A stretch of 63,340 nt of DNA, the filler included, from Licmophora abbreviata (lineage: Eukaryota), in NCBI GenBank assembly GCA_900291995.1. It is 10 parts of 10 records of this genome, joined end to end, with 100 filler letters (N's around TTAATTAATTAA, not from the genome) between each part and the next. Parts side by side here need not be neighbours in the genome. Positions count along the whole stretch, not along the records: positions 4,330 to 18,533 come from OLMU01002372.1; positions 18,634 to 29,981 come from OLMU01002373.1; 8 more parts are not named here. One strand, given 5' to 3'. The notes beneath the pieces were generated by a model, which was given only the letters and a program-made list of their open reading frames with translations, searched no databases and was not told the origin of the DNA. Position 1 is the stretch's first letter. Each line of letters begins with the position of its first letter. The position numbers and the translations under genes were made by a program. Positions 10,219 to 24,032 of this stretch are shown here, piece by piece.

Positions 10219-10583
10219 GCGAGGCAGGTGCAAACCGGATGGATAAAAGGACTATTTCTAAATGAAAACGACTCGACGAGCGAGATATAAAGTAGATATG
10301 TCTCAAGACAGACGCTTCTAGTCAACGCCGATGTACGAAGGGGAAGCGTTACATTCTATTTGCGCATCGTGTAAACCTAGCAACGGGCCAATTTCAATGT
10401 ACAGGAGTCGAGTCGATCAGCCGAGAAAACCTCGTCAAAGCGACTGATGAAGGTCAGGCGCTTCGGAAGCAAAATTTCACTTCCGGGTATTTAGTCTCGT
10501 GACCACCCATCCTCAAACTTCGTTTCAAAACTTGACTCGAAAAGAGATCGACCGACAATGGTGATGCCACCGGCGCCGTCATC

Positions 10584-13500
10584 ATGAAACGAGGATGCAG
10601 AGAGATTGGCAGAAAATCCCCCTTGGGGGCCTTGGAGTTTGCTGCCGCCTTGAATGGAGACGACCCAGGCACCGTATTGGTCGCTCTCAAGCGATTCACC
10701 AAGACGATCCGGCGAGAGCGGCGGAGAACCCTGTCAACAACAACGGGAGCCGATGATGACGAAGAAGAAGGGGACGACGATTCTACGGAAAATGGAGAAG
10801 ACGAAAATTTTCTTATAGATCAAAAATCGAAAAAGTTAAAAGAAGACTGGATGGAAGACACGAAAGATTACAATGTTCCTTTCATCGGAACATCGGTCGC
10901 AAAGGGTGATACGGGGACGGTCCAACGTGGTGTGTGGCCGTCAGGCCTGCTCGAAGCATACCTCAAAACGAGTCCGTTGGCAGCTGAACTAACCAACAAC
11001 GAGAGTCTTATTCCACCAACTGGTCGTATCCATAAGGTCCTTCTCCGATCCAAGCAATACAAAGCCTCCAACGCGGTCTACACGGCCTATCTGGAGGCTC
11101 TGGCAGAGCTCTTCACGGCGGCCATGCCATTTTCCATGCTACAGCAAGATCTGGGCGCTGGCGACACGAATGGGTTACCAAGTCCCATTTCTGAAGAGTC
11201 AAAGTATTCTGGACTCGCGTCCAATTTTCTAAGGAGCAACCTTGTGGATCTACTACTGATCATTGGAAAGGAATCCAGCCGTGCAAGCAAAGGTGAATCG
11301 GTGGCATTGGCGGCTCCCGCGCTGGATGTTCTTGCCAATCTGGCTGCAAGCTCGATCGGAGCTGCACGAGAAGTCGTAAGGGGAATCGAGAATTCATTCC
11401 GATCAGGAGTTTTCTATGGACTCTTGTCACCGAGCAACTCTCGGCCTCGCCCAGCATCAGAGTCAACCGGTGAAAATGACGAGGAGAAGAACGAGCACTC
11501 GAATAATCGACGAGACGCGCGAGTGGCATGCCTTCGACTGTGCTGTATACTCATGGAACTCAAGGATAATTTGGTTTTATCATATATTGTCACAGCTGGG
11601 AGCAAAGAGCGAAAAATTCCGCCAGGCCTTCTATTCGTTGCCCTCCGACGTGGGATGAAGTTCACGAATGGCGAATCGATCAACGAATACACTGCAGTTG
11701 TATCTCGTTTGCTGTTTTCGGTCCGGCTTCTTTTACCAGAAGAATCCACCAGTACGGATAATGCTCGAAAACTAAGCGAGAAGTCGACGATCAAGAGGGC
11801 CCTGGCCGAACTACTTTCGGGTGATACTCTTGAGAACATCACTCTCCTGGTAGCTCGTGCGCCGCGAGATACTGCTTCCGATCGGGCCGATTCATCACAT
11901 GCTACACGAACCTCGTCCTCAGAAATGGCGAGTAGCCTATTGATTCCTTTGCTTGTCGACCCAACGCGATCCCCGTTTCTCGCACGGATCCAAATGGTTG
12001 ACGACAGGTTGTCAGGAACTTACGCCCAACAGATAGTCCGGACCTTGCTCCTGCTGCTGGAACAGGAGTCCATTCCGACTCACAATCTAATTCTGCAGAG
12101 CTTGTGTAGCACTCCAGCCTTGGCAGGACCTTTCTTTGCGAGGTTGGGGATTCCAGATCCAGCGTCCGTGTCGGGATTCCTTTCTCGGATTGCCCTGCTC
12201 CGTCGAGTAATACGTCTCGGGCCGGGACCCTCAGCTACCATTCGAAGCGATGATGCGACTGACCCTCAACGGATGAATCGCTTGCTGCTGACTGTCTTCC
12301 CGATGAGTTTGAAGAAGCACACGCTGAGCAAAGCGATTCAGAGCGCCAATGGTCTCATAGTGGCGGAGACCCTGAAGTTCACTGTTCTCGCGATTCGTAG
12401 ATTCCAAGAGCTCATTTCTTTTCTCCGAAACGACAGCAGCAGATTTTCTTCAGAGACAGAGTTGCAGTTATGGGAGGATGTTTCCCGTCGGCTGCCGGAC
12501 CTTCAGACAGTCCTGTCCATTTTATCAAAGTTTGATCCGTTTGCGAGAGAGCAACATGGCGATGCAAGATGCATTGTTTGCAGCCACGTCTACCATGTTC
12601 TCGAGGCGTACGCGGACACGATGCCGCGCGTCCTGACTGCATTGAACTTCGACTGGATCCGACTTCTTCCCGAAAATGTGGCATCGTTTTGTGAGGCCCG
12701 CCCTTCATTCCAGCTGAGAGTCTTGACAACCCTCGACCTTGTGCTGAACATTGACAATGTACGTGGCCAGAAAATCCCGCCCCATTGTCCGAACGTATCA
12801 TCTGCACACCTCTAATCTCTTGTCAATCTTCAGAGTCTTCGCCAAAGTCGTTTATCAACAGACAGTATCAAGGTACTTCTATGGATAATGGTACGCTCGA
12901 GGCAGAGCCCAGTCTATGCTTTGTCGAGATCGATCCTTCTTCGAAACCTACAGAGCCATGTACCGGTAACACGCGATAGTATTGAGACTGCTGATTGCAT
13001 TGGGTATGAAATGAGCATGTGGGTAGACGGGTTGACAAGCAACATCGTGAGCAACTTCTGTGAGTTGCTGAATGAGACAAACGGAGAGCCTCTTCGGTAT
13101 TCAATCACGCTAGCTAAAGCGTGGCAACAGTGCGGCCAAGAAGGCAATCCCAATATCTCCGTCTCGCCGTTGCTTGCGACATTGCTGGGCCGCATGCACA
13201 GTCAACCGAGAGAATTCGCTCTGCTAGCTTGTCAAGTAGCTGCAAAATGCATCGTTTTTCACCGGGACCCGCTGCCATTGGCATCGATTGTCTGCTACGG
13301 TCTCGGAAACTGTGCGATACAAAATCTCAATAACGCAGAAGAATTCGATCAAGTAGGGATGTTACCTTCCTTTGCCATGCCGCTACTTCAGTACAGCGAA
13401 AGTATTTTGTCGCCGTCTTGGGAGACTTCTATAGACAGGGCGGCACTGCTCGCTGAGATGATCGGTACTTTGGCCAGCCCTTGGGCGTCTCGCGACGAAC

Positions 13501-16500
13501 ACTTCGGCATTCGAGCCTTCAGTGAGTTGGCAAATACTACGAATGAGGTCGCTGCCTTTAGGCAAAGTCTCCACTCGCTGGCATTATCTGACGCAAACAG
13601 CAAATATGCAGCGCTTCGTTCGCTACTGCCACTGTTAGTACAGGTAAGGGTGCGGTGCTGTGCTAATCTCGTTGAAAGGTTTCCTGGCCTCTCATTCATG
13701 AATCTGGCTCCTTCTCTCCTTTCAAGAACGACGTCATGTCAAAAACACAAAGTGTTGTCAATACCCTTTTCAAACATCCTTCCATCAGAAACAAGCCCTT
13801 ACCTATGATCGAGCTATCCTATGTTTACTGTGTCCTTCTCAGCTCACCACTGGAAGCAAGTGAGACTCTTTTGGATAGCCTTCGTTTCCATGTCAGCAGC
13901 TTGCTAATGGAGCTTAAGGAAAGCTCGACTCACGACCCCATGCACACGGACAGATTACAAAAGATTCTCCATTTGTTCCTATTGAATTCTATGAGGTCAG
14001 CAACACCCACGATTTCCGTCACGAAGGAATTGCTTCTGTTGTCCTGTCGAGCTGTCGAGACGCAAGGCGCTTCGACGGGGTCTGTACCCCTTGCTGTCCC
14101 ACTTTCATTCCATTTTCTGGAGGACAACCCGTCAGTTTCTGTTGACACCATGGTGAAAGCTTGGAAGTTCTTTACAAGCAAAACTATTACGGGACCTGCC
14201 GCAACTAGTAACTTGGTTTCATTGCTGGAGAACAGTCTAGGGACGACACTTACTACAAGAACGACATTGTCGCAAGACTCGGTGACACTTTCTGCGCTAC
14301 TATCAAGGGATCCAGCCGAGGATATAATCGCATCCTGTTTTCGTAGACGAACAGCACAGTTGGACGTCATTTCTGGAGAGCCATCTCGACTCCATTCCCG
14401 GGCTAGACCAGACTGGAGATTGCTGATCGCTCTGCTTGAGAGTGACAGTACTCGATACGGGGCGGCCCTACTATTTTTTGTTTCACGGCATTCCGACGGG
14501 TCGAATATCCAGAAACTATTGCAGCACGGACATCTTGATAAACTGATTTCTTTGGTGTCAGCGAACAGAGCACTTCGTTCCTCTTCTATGTTTGCTGGCG
14601 TGCTCGGCACACTTGTCGATCGGTTCACGGTAGGTAGTATCGTGAGTGAAAACAAATGCAGAGGTAGTCCATGTGCTTACCGGTACGCGTTCTTTCTGGT
14701 CTACCTCCTCAGAATACTGGGAACATAGACATTGCATGCGGAACTCTAGACGACCATACAACTGCTATTTTCAATTCTGTGGAGCTCCTGAGTACTGACG
14801 AGATCGCCCGTGTCGCGCAAAGCCTCTCATCGGATCTCTTTTCCATGATGAAAGGAAAGGCCATGTCCGACAATCTCATCAAGCTCGCACAACGGATATC
14901 CAATGTTTCTCGAGAAGGTTTCGACTCTCGTGCTACTTTGGCATCAGCCGTGCTCCTCTGTCATGTACAAAGATTGTACCGACTTCTCAAGACTGTAAAA
15001 GAGTCGGCTCCGAAAGCAAGCACTGTTCTTACTTTCAAACGAATGGTCGACACGACTTCTGAGTTCATCGCTGAAGTTAATAGTATCGACAAAGGAATGC
15101 TGATCGACGGGCTGGGCACCATATCTACCACGTTACGTGCCTGCTTGAAATACGGAATAAGGCACTGTTTGACGTGTGGAGCCTCAGACATGGCTGCTCT
15201 ATGCCTTCGTGTCGTTCAGGATATGATGTCTCAAGCAGGTCGACCATCATCGGCAGTGTTCGACCTTCGACTCAAAACCCCGTTGTTGGATCCAGGGTCA
15301 ATCTACGAAATGACGGTGGCACACTCATACTTCGAGGTGTCGGCGAGGCTACCGATACGGGCAGAGGGTGAACGTTTCGCTGAACAAGAGAGAGCCCGTT
15401 GTCAGCTACTCGGATTGCTATTGCGTTGCATCGAACTAGCCCCGGAGCGGATAATAATCGACCGCAGGGTATTCAGAATACTCCTCTCTGCTTTCAGTGG
15501 CGGTGTGTCTTCAGCGGATGAACACGTCAGACGACTACTTTTTGCTTGCTTCGACTTTACATCCCAAGATAGCAATGTCATCAAGGAATCCGGAAGTCCC
15601 ACGTTTGACGCGAAGCTCAAGTCTCGGCGTCCTTCATTATCAAGTGTGAGCGACGAGGGCGCATTTCCATTCATGAACCAGTTCCGACTTCAGAGCGGAA
15701 TAGATAGCTCTGCCCTAGAGGATCACTCCGAGGATGACTGGGAATGGCTGATCAGTGGCATTGATGTCTCCCGTATCCGTTCCACCCTTTGCCAGTTTCC
15801 AGTCAACGCGAGATTGATTCCCGAGAGGGGTGCTGGCCCACACCTCCGGTCTGAATCTACACACTTCTTGGATCGAGAGTCTGACCAACAAAACTCCGAT
15901 AGCGATTACTCCGGCGATACTGATGTCGACTCAGAGAAGGGCACAGAGAACCCAAATTCTACCAAACTCGATGTCCACGCCAATCCAGATATCGATGCAT
16001 GGGCAGGCCAGGGTCCCGACACTCGGTACAGTCCCGCTTTCATGCTCCCCATGATTCTAGCTTCGCTTGAGAGTTACTTCGCGCCAGACACTAATTGCGA
16101 TAAGAGCGAGAGAAAGCAGCAGTTGGACCGAGCTGGATTTTCGAGGAGTGGAACGTCCGACTGGGCGGACTTTGTGCGCATTGCCCAGCGGCTCTGCGAC
16201 GGTGGAGCCCTCAGTTTTGCTTTTGCGAGCTTGTGCAGCCAATGTCCGGCAGTTCGACAGACGGCAGTCGCGGTGCTTCGCCTGTTTCTTTTGGCATTGA
16301 AATCCGACGAAGCTCGTGAACTGGCATCGTGGCGCGAAAGACCACAGCTAGCTATGCTGGTCAATTCAGTTCAACGAGGTCTAACGATTCGAAGAGCCGC
16401 CAGGTGGTCTAGACTGGCTCATGGCACGTCGCCAAGCGAAACATTCGTCCCGAAGATTTCTCCGCTTTCAGCGATATTCTTAGCTCGATCGGCTTTAATC

Positions 16501-17634
16501 CTGTCCAAACCGGGAGATCCCATGTTTGGTCCGATCAACCGTTACTTTCTCAAGGACGAGACCAGCCACGGCGCCTTCCAGGAGACAACGAGACTTCCTG
16601 CCTTCATATCTTTATTTTGCTCGTCCTCGGATGAACTGGGACAAGCACGACGAGAGCGCATGTGGGCATTGCAGCTTTTGAAAGATGGCTTCCTGGACGA
16701 GAGTTGCTTCCATACAGTGGCCTCTTGTCATGCCCCCGAACTGATACTGACATGCTTCGACGGTATGGTCGCTCGTCGGGACGATGGAAACCACGATCAC
16801 GAACGTGTTCTTCTTCTGAATACACTGACTACTCTTCTGCGAAAGGGCGGTCAGCGCGCTGCCATTCATTTGATCGCTCGTATGGGACTGCTCTCTTGGC
16901 TTAGAGCGCAGCTCAGCAGCTCACCAACGTCGACTCTTCTCCCATCCTTAGAGAGCAGGACCGCGTTTGTTCGCTTGGTAGCCATGGCAGCAAAGCGAGC
17001 TGTGTTTGCTAGAGAAGACGCGACATCTGGAACGAGTCGACGGGAGGCCGCAGCATTGACAGATTGTGCTCTCATTTTGTATCGCGACAGTCACGATAGT
17101 GGCTTGATTGTCGAGGACTCGGCAGGCAAAGGTTTTGTTGGCGTGTTATGCGGTGCTATCGAAGCTTTGGGCGTCGTGATACGAGACGATATGCTGGACT
17201 CCATGAAAGACTTTCAATCGGATGGTCTTTCCTATGATAACGCCGCAGCGTTCCTGTCTTCTCTTCCAACTGCGCTGCTCCCGACAACTTTACCGGCCAT
17301 GTGTCTGTGTCCTATTAGGCCTGTTTCGACTGAAGAATCCACGACTGAGTATATTCGCGTTGTTCTTAATGGAGTCATGAACTATGATGCTGATGAGATT
17401 GTCACGTCCATGGTACTTGACCGCGTCAAACTTCTTGTCCAGCACTGCACACACTCTTCCCCGAGATCACTCGACTCAGTAACGGAGGCCGTGCTGCGCT
17501 CACGGCAGCGATGCTTTCACTCTACGGAGACCCGCGCAATGTGGTTTGACTTGTTGGACATTCTTGTGGAAAAAGGCAAGGGCGAGGACTCAGAAATACA
17601 GACGATCGCCCGGGACACGCTGCTGGCCAGATAA
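10584..17634 (+). CDS. URB1: Nucleolar pre-ribosomal-associated protein 1 (URB1/Npa1); introns 12759-12833, 13644-13726, 14630-14712
   Basis: Three phase-0 GT-AG introns join four long ORFs; C-terminal NopRA1-like motifs RYSPAFMLP, RERPQLAML, PMFGPINRYFL, RERMWALQLLKDG. Confidence 0.8.
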
Positions 17635-17894
17635 TAGACACGACCATGAATGCTATAAGGTTTTTCACCTGGCCTCAGTATTTTAGGTTAGCGAATATGT
17701 AGCGATTCCACTAGTCTTCCTGGCACCCTGCGAGCGACGGTCCGAAGAACCCGCGAAACAGCGTTTGAACATAACAGTTTCAGTCCGCCATTTTCAATCG
17801 TGTGAAGTCGAGGCACACGAAAAAAGGCGCGCCACATCACTCACATCTCGCGACTCCACTCACTTCTCGTCTCTGTCGATCGGCGCGGTGGACC

Positions 17895-19679
17895 ATGCCA
17901 ACCATGATGAAGCTGCATATTCTGTCGCTTTCTTTACTGTGTCTCTGCCCTGGGACTCAGGGTAGGGCTCTCCAGGCTTGTAATCAAGTGCTGAATACTT
18001 GGACTCGCACCGAAGTGTCTGATCTCACCACCGCGACTTTGATGGCCAGCATGGGGGCAGACCAAGCGGCAGGGATCATTGCTGGGCTTTCAGGGTCTAT
18101 AGTCCACGGAGTACAGATACGGAAAATTTGCGCATCTTGTACAGACTTCGATAGCGCAGTGGTGGGCGAGGCATATCTGGACTTTTGTGGGCCCGATCGT
18201 TACGGATCCGGTATGACGTTTTCGGGCCTGGCCATGCTGCCGATGACGGCCGATGGCCTCTCACTCACAACGGGGACATTGAAAGGCTATATCTACGCTC
18301 ACGGAACAGTGACACAAATCTCGCCTTCTCTGCAATGGGAAGCTGAAAACTCGGATCTTGAGCTCATGTTCAACGTGCTTGTAGCGTCAGCTGGGCAGCC
18401 GGTGTTACTTCCAGACTACATGGGGTACGCGAACACGGCATCGATGATTCACAAGGGCTACGTTATCAAACAGTCCTACCAAACTTCAACAGTGCCTCTT
18501 TGGCTCAAAATGGAAGAGATTTTGTCGGAAGAGNNNNNNNNNNNNNNNNNNNNNNNNNNNNNNNNNNNNNNNNNNNNTTAATTAATTAANNNNNNNNNNN
18601 NNNNNNNNNNNNNNNNNNNNNNNNNNNNNNNNNAAATGGAAGAGATTTTGTCGGAAGAGACAGATTGTGCCACGGCGCTGGCGGACAGTTTTCTCGGCAT
18701 TGGCTACAGCGAGGGCGGTTATGCTATACTAGCGATCGCCGATGCTCTGTCGTCCATCGGGGTGGACGTCATTCGCGCTCACTCAGGAGGGGGGCCGTTA
18801 CGCACCGCTTCGGCCGCAATACTCAAAACTATCGAGAATGTAGACACGGGCCGATTTCCTCCCGAGACGCGCCATCAGGTGGCCTTGTTCATGGGAGCAT
18901 ACTCCAGCACCTTTGTCGATGTAGCAAACTATCAACAAGGGCAGGATATGCTGACTGCGGAAGCACGCGAGACGATCGTCGAAGTGATTTACCGTTCTGG
19001 AACGTATAGGGAAGTCGTCAACACCATTCCGGAAAATGATGTGCTTTCCGTCGTGAACCCTGATTTTTTGGCTTGGGCTCGCAGTGTCATTGCTTCTGGA
19101 GACGCGAACCCTTGCTTGACTCCGGAGGTCGGCTTCAACGATCTTGTGTGCCAGGCGCTGCTTGACAACGATTTGATGGATCAAATTGAAAGCACAACAT
19201 ACAACATCACGTTCTGTCACAGCCCTAACGACCGGGTTGTGGACTACTCGAATCTGCCTGGGGCTGACGTATTGGCACAGAATCCATTATTGTCATTGAT
19301 ACAAGTCACCGGAAACCACAGAGCGGCTGGGGAAACCTGCATACTCCGGGGGGTCCTCTCGTTCAGAAGCGAAGAATTTCTATCGTATGAAGTTACTCCG
19401 AAACACTCTGAAAGTGGCTGTTCTGCCATCAGTCATTCACCATCCTCATCCCCTTCGGCTGTTGAACCCAGTAGCGCACCTTCCCTGCAATCTTCTGGCG
19501 TGCCATCAGGAGAGTCACCAAGCCAGGCTCCCTCGTTGATGCCTTCGCCGACCTCTGATCCAAGCACTTCATCCGCACCGGTGGTTTCGTCGCCAAATTC
19601 ACGTGGGCGCAATTCCTTGGGGCTGTCAATCCTAAGTAATTTTGCCATGTTGGCAGCTGCTGCAGTCATGGCCTACTGA
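17895..19679 (+). CDS. Secreted alpha/beta hydrolase (secretory lipase-like) with Ser/Pro-rich stalk and probable GPI signal; spans a spacer whose flanks overlap
   Basis: Signal peptide; YAHGT, PDYMGY, GYSEGG nucleophile elbow, HSPND..V, GNH; SPS/APS repeats; hydrophobic C-terminus. Confidence 0.8.
18534..18633. other. Artificial contig spacer with duplicated flanks (false gap)
   Basis: AAATGGAAGAGATTTTGTCGGAAGAG is present on both sides. Confidence 0.95.
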
Positions 19680-19857
19680 GTATCTCACGCACTACCGACC
19701 CCAAGGAACCACACACTTGAGACCATGCTCCAGTCCACTCTCCAGCTTGCTGGCGCAAGGGCATCGAGCAATACAACCTAGAGCCTAACCTCTAGTAAGG
19801 GAATGAATGGAGCTTCTTGATGCGCCGTGCTATAATTCCGTCTTGGGCATATTCTAG

Positions 19858-21334
19858 CTACTCATCATCGTCATCATCATCATCCAGTACAGCCTGGTGA
19901 GTAAGCTTCTTTCCAGCCGACGGCTTCTTGGCAGGGGCGAATTCCTCCTCTTCCGAAGACTCTTCTCCAAAAGCAAGTTCTTCTTCATCTTCGACGGCTT
20001 CCTCTTCCTCACGACGGGCCTTGGCTGCGCGCGTGGGTCTACTTCGGTTCGCCCACGGAGTACCTTCATCGTCATCATCCTCGTCTTCACTGTCGTCTCC
20101 GAAGTCCATGAGTTCGTCCATGTTCTTTCGCTTCAAGGCACGAATATTCGTCGTGTCATACTCACCATCGTCCTCCTCTAGATAACTACGATTCATTCCG
20201 GGCGTCGAACGACGGCCGCTGTTTCGGTACGCACGACTCTTTCGCGCCGAGGCCTTTTCCAGATCCTCCTTGACTCGGATTTTTTCCATCTTTGCCTTTT
20301 CGGGATCTTCCTGGGTAACGTACTCGGCAATGCGTGCCTTCTTAATAGTCCGCTGTCGGACGGCGACGGTCAATTTCTTGTGCGCCTCCGACTGCAACGA
20401 GGACGGCCGCGGAATGAGCCTCGACTGGATGGCCCCCATGCACTCCAACACAGTACCACCTGGAATATCCTCCTTTCCTTCTTCTTCTGGACGAAAGGTT
20501 GCCTTTTGGCTAAGATACAGATAGCCATTGAGTCCAGCAAAGTCCTTGGAGGACGAGTTGATTGCATCCATGTCCAGAACTTCAGTTCCCACGTGCAAGG
20601 TATACGATCCATCCTCCCACTTGACGATGCGCGCATTGCTTTCCCTCAAAAGCTTCCCCTGAGCATCGCGCTGCAACTCTCCCGTAGCAGCATCCTGTAG
20701 ATAGCGCCAACGAATCATACTGTGGACGTAACCACGATAGTCGCGTTCTTCCATATCCGCCGAGTACGTGTCGGGATCAAAGGGATCGGGCTGAATGCCG
20801 ACGAGATTCGGAAGTTTGGTCATGTGCAAGGTCGTAGAAGCGGGAGGACGATCTGAGTGAAGAACTTGCATGTGACGAGGCTTCTTGGGACGGGCCTTGT
20901 GAATAGTTCTTCCAGGAGACATCATCCGTTCGTCATCGTCTGGCTGGGCGGTCGGGGGAGGCGCGGACGAGCCAACAATGTTTCCCCCCGTCGTCAAACT
21001 CTACATCGTCGTCGTCATCGTCATCTTGCTTATCCTCGTCCTTGTCATTTTCACTGGCAGGGTCTGGGACGCCCGAGACATTCTCGGACGCCGACTTGTG
21101 TTCACTGCTCTGCTGCTCGCCAGTTTCTTCTTTCATTTCCAAATTTTCGCCTTGAGATTCCTTTGGTTTTATGGCTTCTTCTTCTTCGTCGTCGTCGTCT
21201 TCTAGAATGACTCCTTTACTCGGGGACTGTGCCGTAGCGTCGCCGCTGCCCGAGAGTGTCTCCTGATGAGACATGACTTCCTCTTCCTCGGATGACGAAT
21301 CGTCGTCGAACAAATCTTTCATAGACGTGGACAT
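19858..21334 (-). CDS. LEO1: RNA polymerase II-associated protein LEO1 (Paf1 complex); apparent 1-nt frameshift at 20984-20989
   Basis: KLPNLVGIQPDPFDPDTY, IRWRY, ESNARIVKWEDGSYTLHVG, PSSLQSEAHKKL; acidic N-terminus MKDLFDDDSS lies in the adjacent frame. Confidence 0.88.
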
Positions 21335-21663
21335 GGTGAAGAGTGTAGTTTAGTAGAAAGAGAGAGCCCCACCAAAATAAGGATATCAACAACTGCGGCG
21401 TTACACGAGTGGCACAGCTAGGACCAGCAGCACCATGGTGTGTGTGTGTGTGCGTGTGGTGCAGACGAGATTTTGTTTGGATCGATGTTTGACTTCTGAC
21501 TGATGACGTACAGACTCCATAAGACCTCGTGACCCCGCAAAGACCTCGCATTCGGTGGCGAAAAGATGAAAAGATCGGCACGTTGAAGTTTTCGGAAAAA
21601 AGTGGGATGCCAACCATGAATAGAGGCCAAAGTCAATGATCGCTACAAAAGAAGGACTACACC

Positions 21664-22864
21664 ATGAATCGTTTGGCTTGGACTCTGTTTCTTACTCTAG
21701 TTGTTTTCTTCCAGTGGTCGGCGTGTCCCTCACTGGCGTTGGCGTCGTCCTCCAGCAGCAGCATGATGGGCATGAGTAGTCAAAATAGCGGTGGGGGCGA
21801 CATTGCTGTGATTGGATGCGGCGTGCTGGGGACGAGTCTGTGCGAGCAGCTTCTGAAGTCTTCCGACTTTTCAGATCGGACTGGTACGCGTGTGTGTGTG
21901 TGTGTGGAAACAAGTTGGATTGTTGTTGCCTTTTTCAATGCACGTCCCTCTCACCACCACCACCATCATCATCATCATTACAGTCACGGGCATCACCCGA
22001 ACGACCAACAATCACGAGTCCATTCGGAGAAAAGTCTCGGAAAACAGTCCCTACGAGGGACGATTCTCCATAGCAACAGGAGACGAAATTCAAGGTCAAC
22101 GGTTCCGGGATGTTGTCTTTTGTGCTCCACCCTCGGGGTTTGAAGACTACCCCGAAGCTGTGAGACATGCGGTTGTCAATGTATGGGATAGCAATGCGGG
22201 TGGCGTCTTTGTCTTTACATCGAGTGGAGGAGTGTGAGTCCATAAGTGCTTCTTTTGTTTATAACCGTGGTGCAATGGCAGATCACAGGAACCTGATGCC
22301 TTTGCTCTTTTTTTGATACGCTGCGCACTATGCTCTAGATACGGAACCACAGCCGATGGCGGAGTGGTCACAGAAGAGACGCCGGTGATGAACGAAGACA
22401 TTGCGTCGAATCCTCGAGTTGCTCGATTGGCCAAGGCGGAAGAAATGAGCTTGACGAATGGCGGATGCTGCCTGAGACTCGCGGGGCTATACACGTTGGA
22501 ACGTGGCGCACACAACTATTGGTTGACGTCTGGAAAAGATACGGTGGCGGGACGAGACGATGGAATCATCAATCTGCTACACTATGACGATGCGGCGTCC
22601 GCATGCATGGCGGCAATCAAGGCAGGGAAAGAGAGTGTTAGTGGCAAAGCCTTCTTGATGAGTGATGGACATCCATTGAGTCGAAGAGGGATTTGCGAGA
22701 GCGCCATGAAAGCGAGCATGTATGCGGATGCCAGCATGCCAAAGTTTCTAGGGACAGAAAGTGATTCAAAAGGAAAGGTCTACGATGGCTCCTGGAGTAA
22801 CACTGTGCTCCAATGGTCACCAACCTTTCCTTCTTTTGACGAGTTTATGAAGTCCAAATCATGA
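21664..22864 (+). CDS. NAD(P)-binding Rossmann-fold protein (epimerase/dehydratase, atypical SDR) with signal peptide; introns 21884-21983, 22234-22338
   Basis: IAVIGCGVLG, VVFCAPP, FVFTSSGGVYG, LRLAGLY, NLLHYDDAA; introns restore the frame. Confidence 0.8.
21890..21979 (+). repeat. Intronic microsatellites (GT)n and (CAC)n(CAT)n
   Basis: Direct inspection; they produce the spurious poly-His ORF translation. Confidence 0.8.
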
Positions 22865-22962
22865 GAGGGAACAATAGTAGGTCTACTGTTGCAACCCACT
22901 TCGCCTTTTGCTAGCAATTAACAATAGGCGTTTGATTCCATAGCATCCCGCCTTCCGTACCG

Positions 22963-23736
22963 TTACCGAACTCCCTTCTCCTTTTTCGGCTTTGGAAGCT
23001 TTACACTATCCACCATGTAGTTCTTAAACTTCCGCATACGACCTTTGACGTTGATTTGTGTATACTCGTCGGTTCGTTCCACCAGGTTGCCTTCCACGGT
23101 TTTGCGTTTGTTCGTTTTCGGATCGATATGGGAAAGAACCACCGGAAAGCCTCGGTAGGCTTCAAACATGATCCCGGATAACTCGTCGGAAGCTCCTGGC
23201 GTCGTGACTTCGATTTCATGATGGACTGCGATACTGTATCCGATGGAGCCTTCTCCTTCTGCATCGAATGCTGCATTGATGGCACGTGCAATCGAAACCA
23301 CGTCGACAACCGCCTCTTTCGATGATAGGTCCTCTTGGGGAGATAGTGTAGTCTCCTCGTCGTCTCCCAGCAGTATCTTGGAATCATCACCTTCATTTGC
23401 AACGTCCTCCTCCACAATCCCCGCGGCATCGACGGTGACAATGGCCCGACCCACCTTCCACGATACGGCGACTTGCTCTGGCATCGCACCGACGCCGACA
23501 GCCGCTTCCAGAATGATGCGTTCTCCTTCGGCTTTCCACGATTCCTCATTCGCGGGGTTCAATGACTGAGACAAACGAACAGAAGCAGTCGATACTGTGT
23601 TATGCGAGTGATGACGACGACACGTCCTGCGAATGATGGTCCATCCGCACACGCCACTGAGTATGCTGCCGAGAAGAAGTAAAACGCAGAGCGCAGTGAG
23701 GAGGACGAGTCTCTCCGTTCCATTGTTCAGTGTCAT
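22963..23736 (-). CDS. rimP: Ribosome maturation factor RimP-like, probably plastid-targeted
   Basis: IEVTTPG (RimP LEVSSPG-like), FEAYRGFPV, C-terminal Sm-like domain; N-terminal signal peptide. Confidence 0.7.
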   Translation of the reverse strand: MTLNNGTERLVLLTALCVLLLLGSILSGVCGWTIIRRTCRRHHSHNTVSTASVRLSQSLNPANEESWKAEGERIILEAAVGVGAMPEQVAVSWKVGRAIVTVDAAGIVEEDVANEGDDSKILLGDDEETTLSPQEDLSSKEAVVDVVSIARAINAAFDAEGEGSIGYSIAVHHEIEVTTPGASDELSGIMFEAYRGFPVVLSHIDPKTNKRKTVEGNLVERTDEYTQINVKGRMRKFKNYMVDSVKLPKPKKEKGVR

Positions 23737-24032
23737 GGCTGAGTCGAGTCACTAGAACGATGCAGAAAATGTGTTGTAACGTCGAGGCAACCTCATCGTC
23801 CTTGTGTCACGCCGAGAGGTGCGCTGAACGCCGGGGTCGCCAGTTTCGTGAGGGGACGGAATCCTTACATGAAGGGAATCTCTCTTGCACGCGCGCCATT
23901 TTTTGACTTTCAAATTCCGACATGAAATTTGCTGTTCGGACCATGGTATGATTCTAGACTGCCGCGTTCCTCCGGCTGCTACTGTGATTTGCCTCACTGT
24001 TGTTGATCGACAGAGTGAGGTATCCGATAGAA

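Noticed and set aside
21884..22143. Poly-His protein in ORF 21664-22143
   Set aside because: The His run comes from a (CAC/CAT)n microsatellite inside intron 21884-21983
22280..22310. GAACCTGAT in an intron, resembling a TPP riboswitch core
   Set aside because: No upstream CTGAGA; better explained as the intron branch-point region
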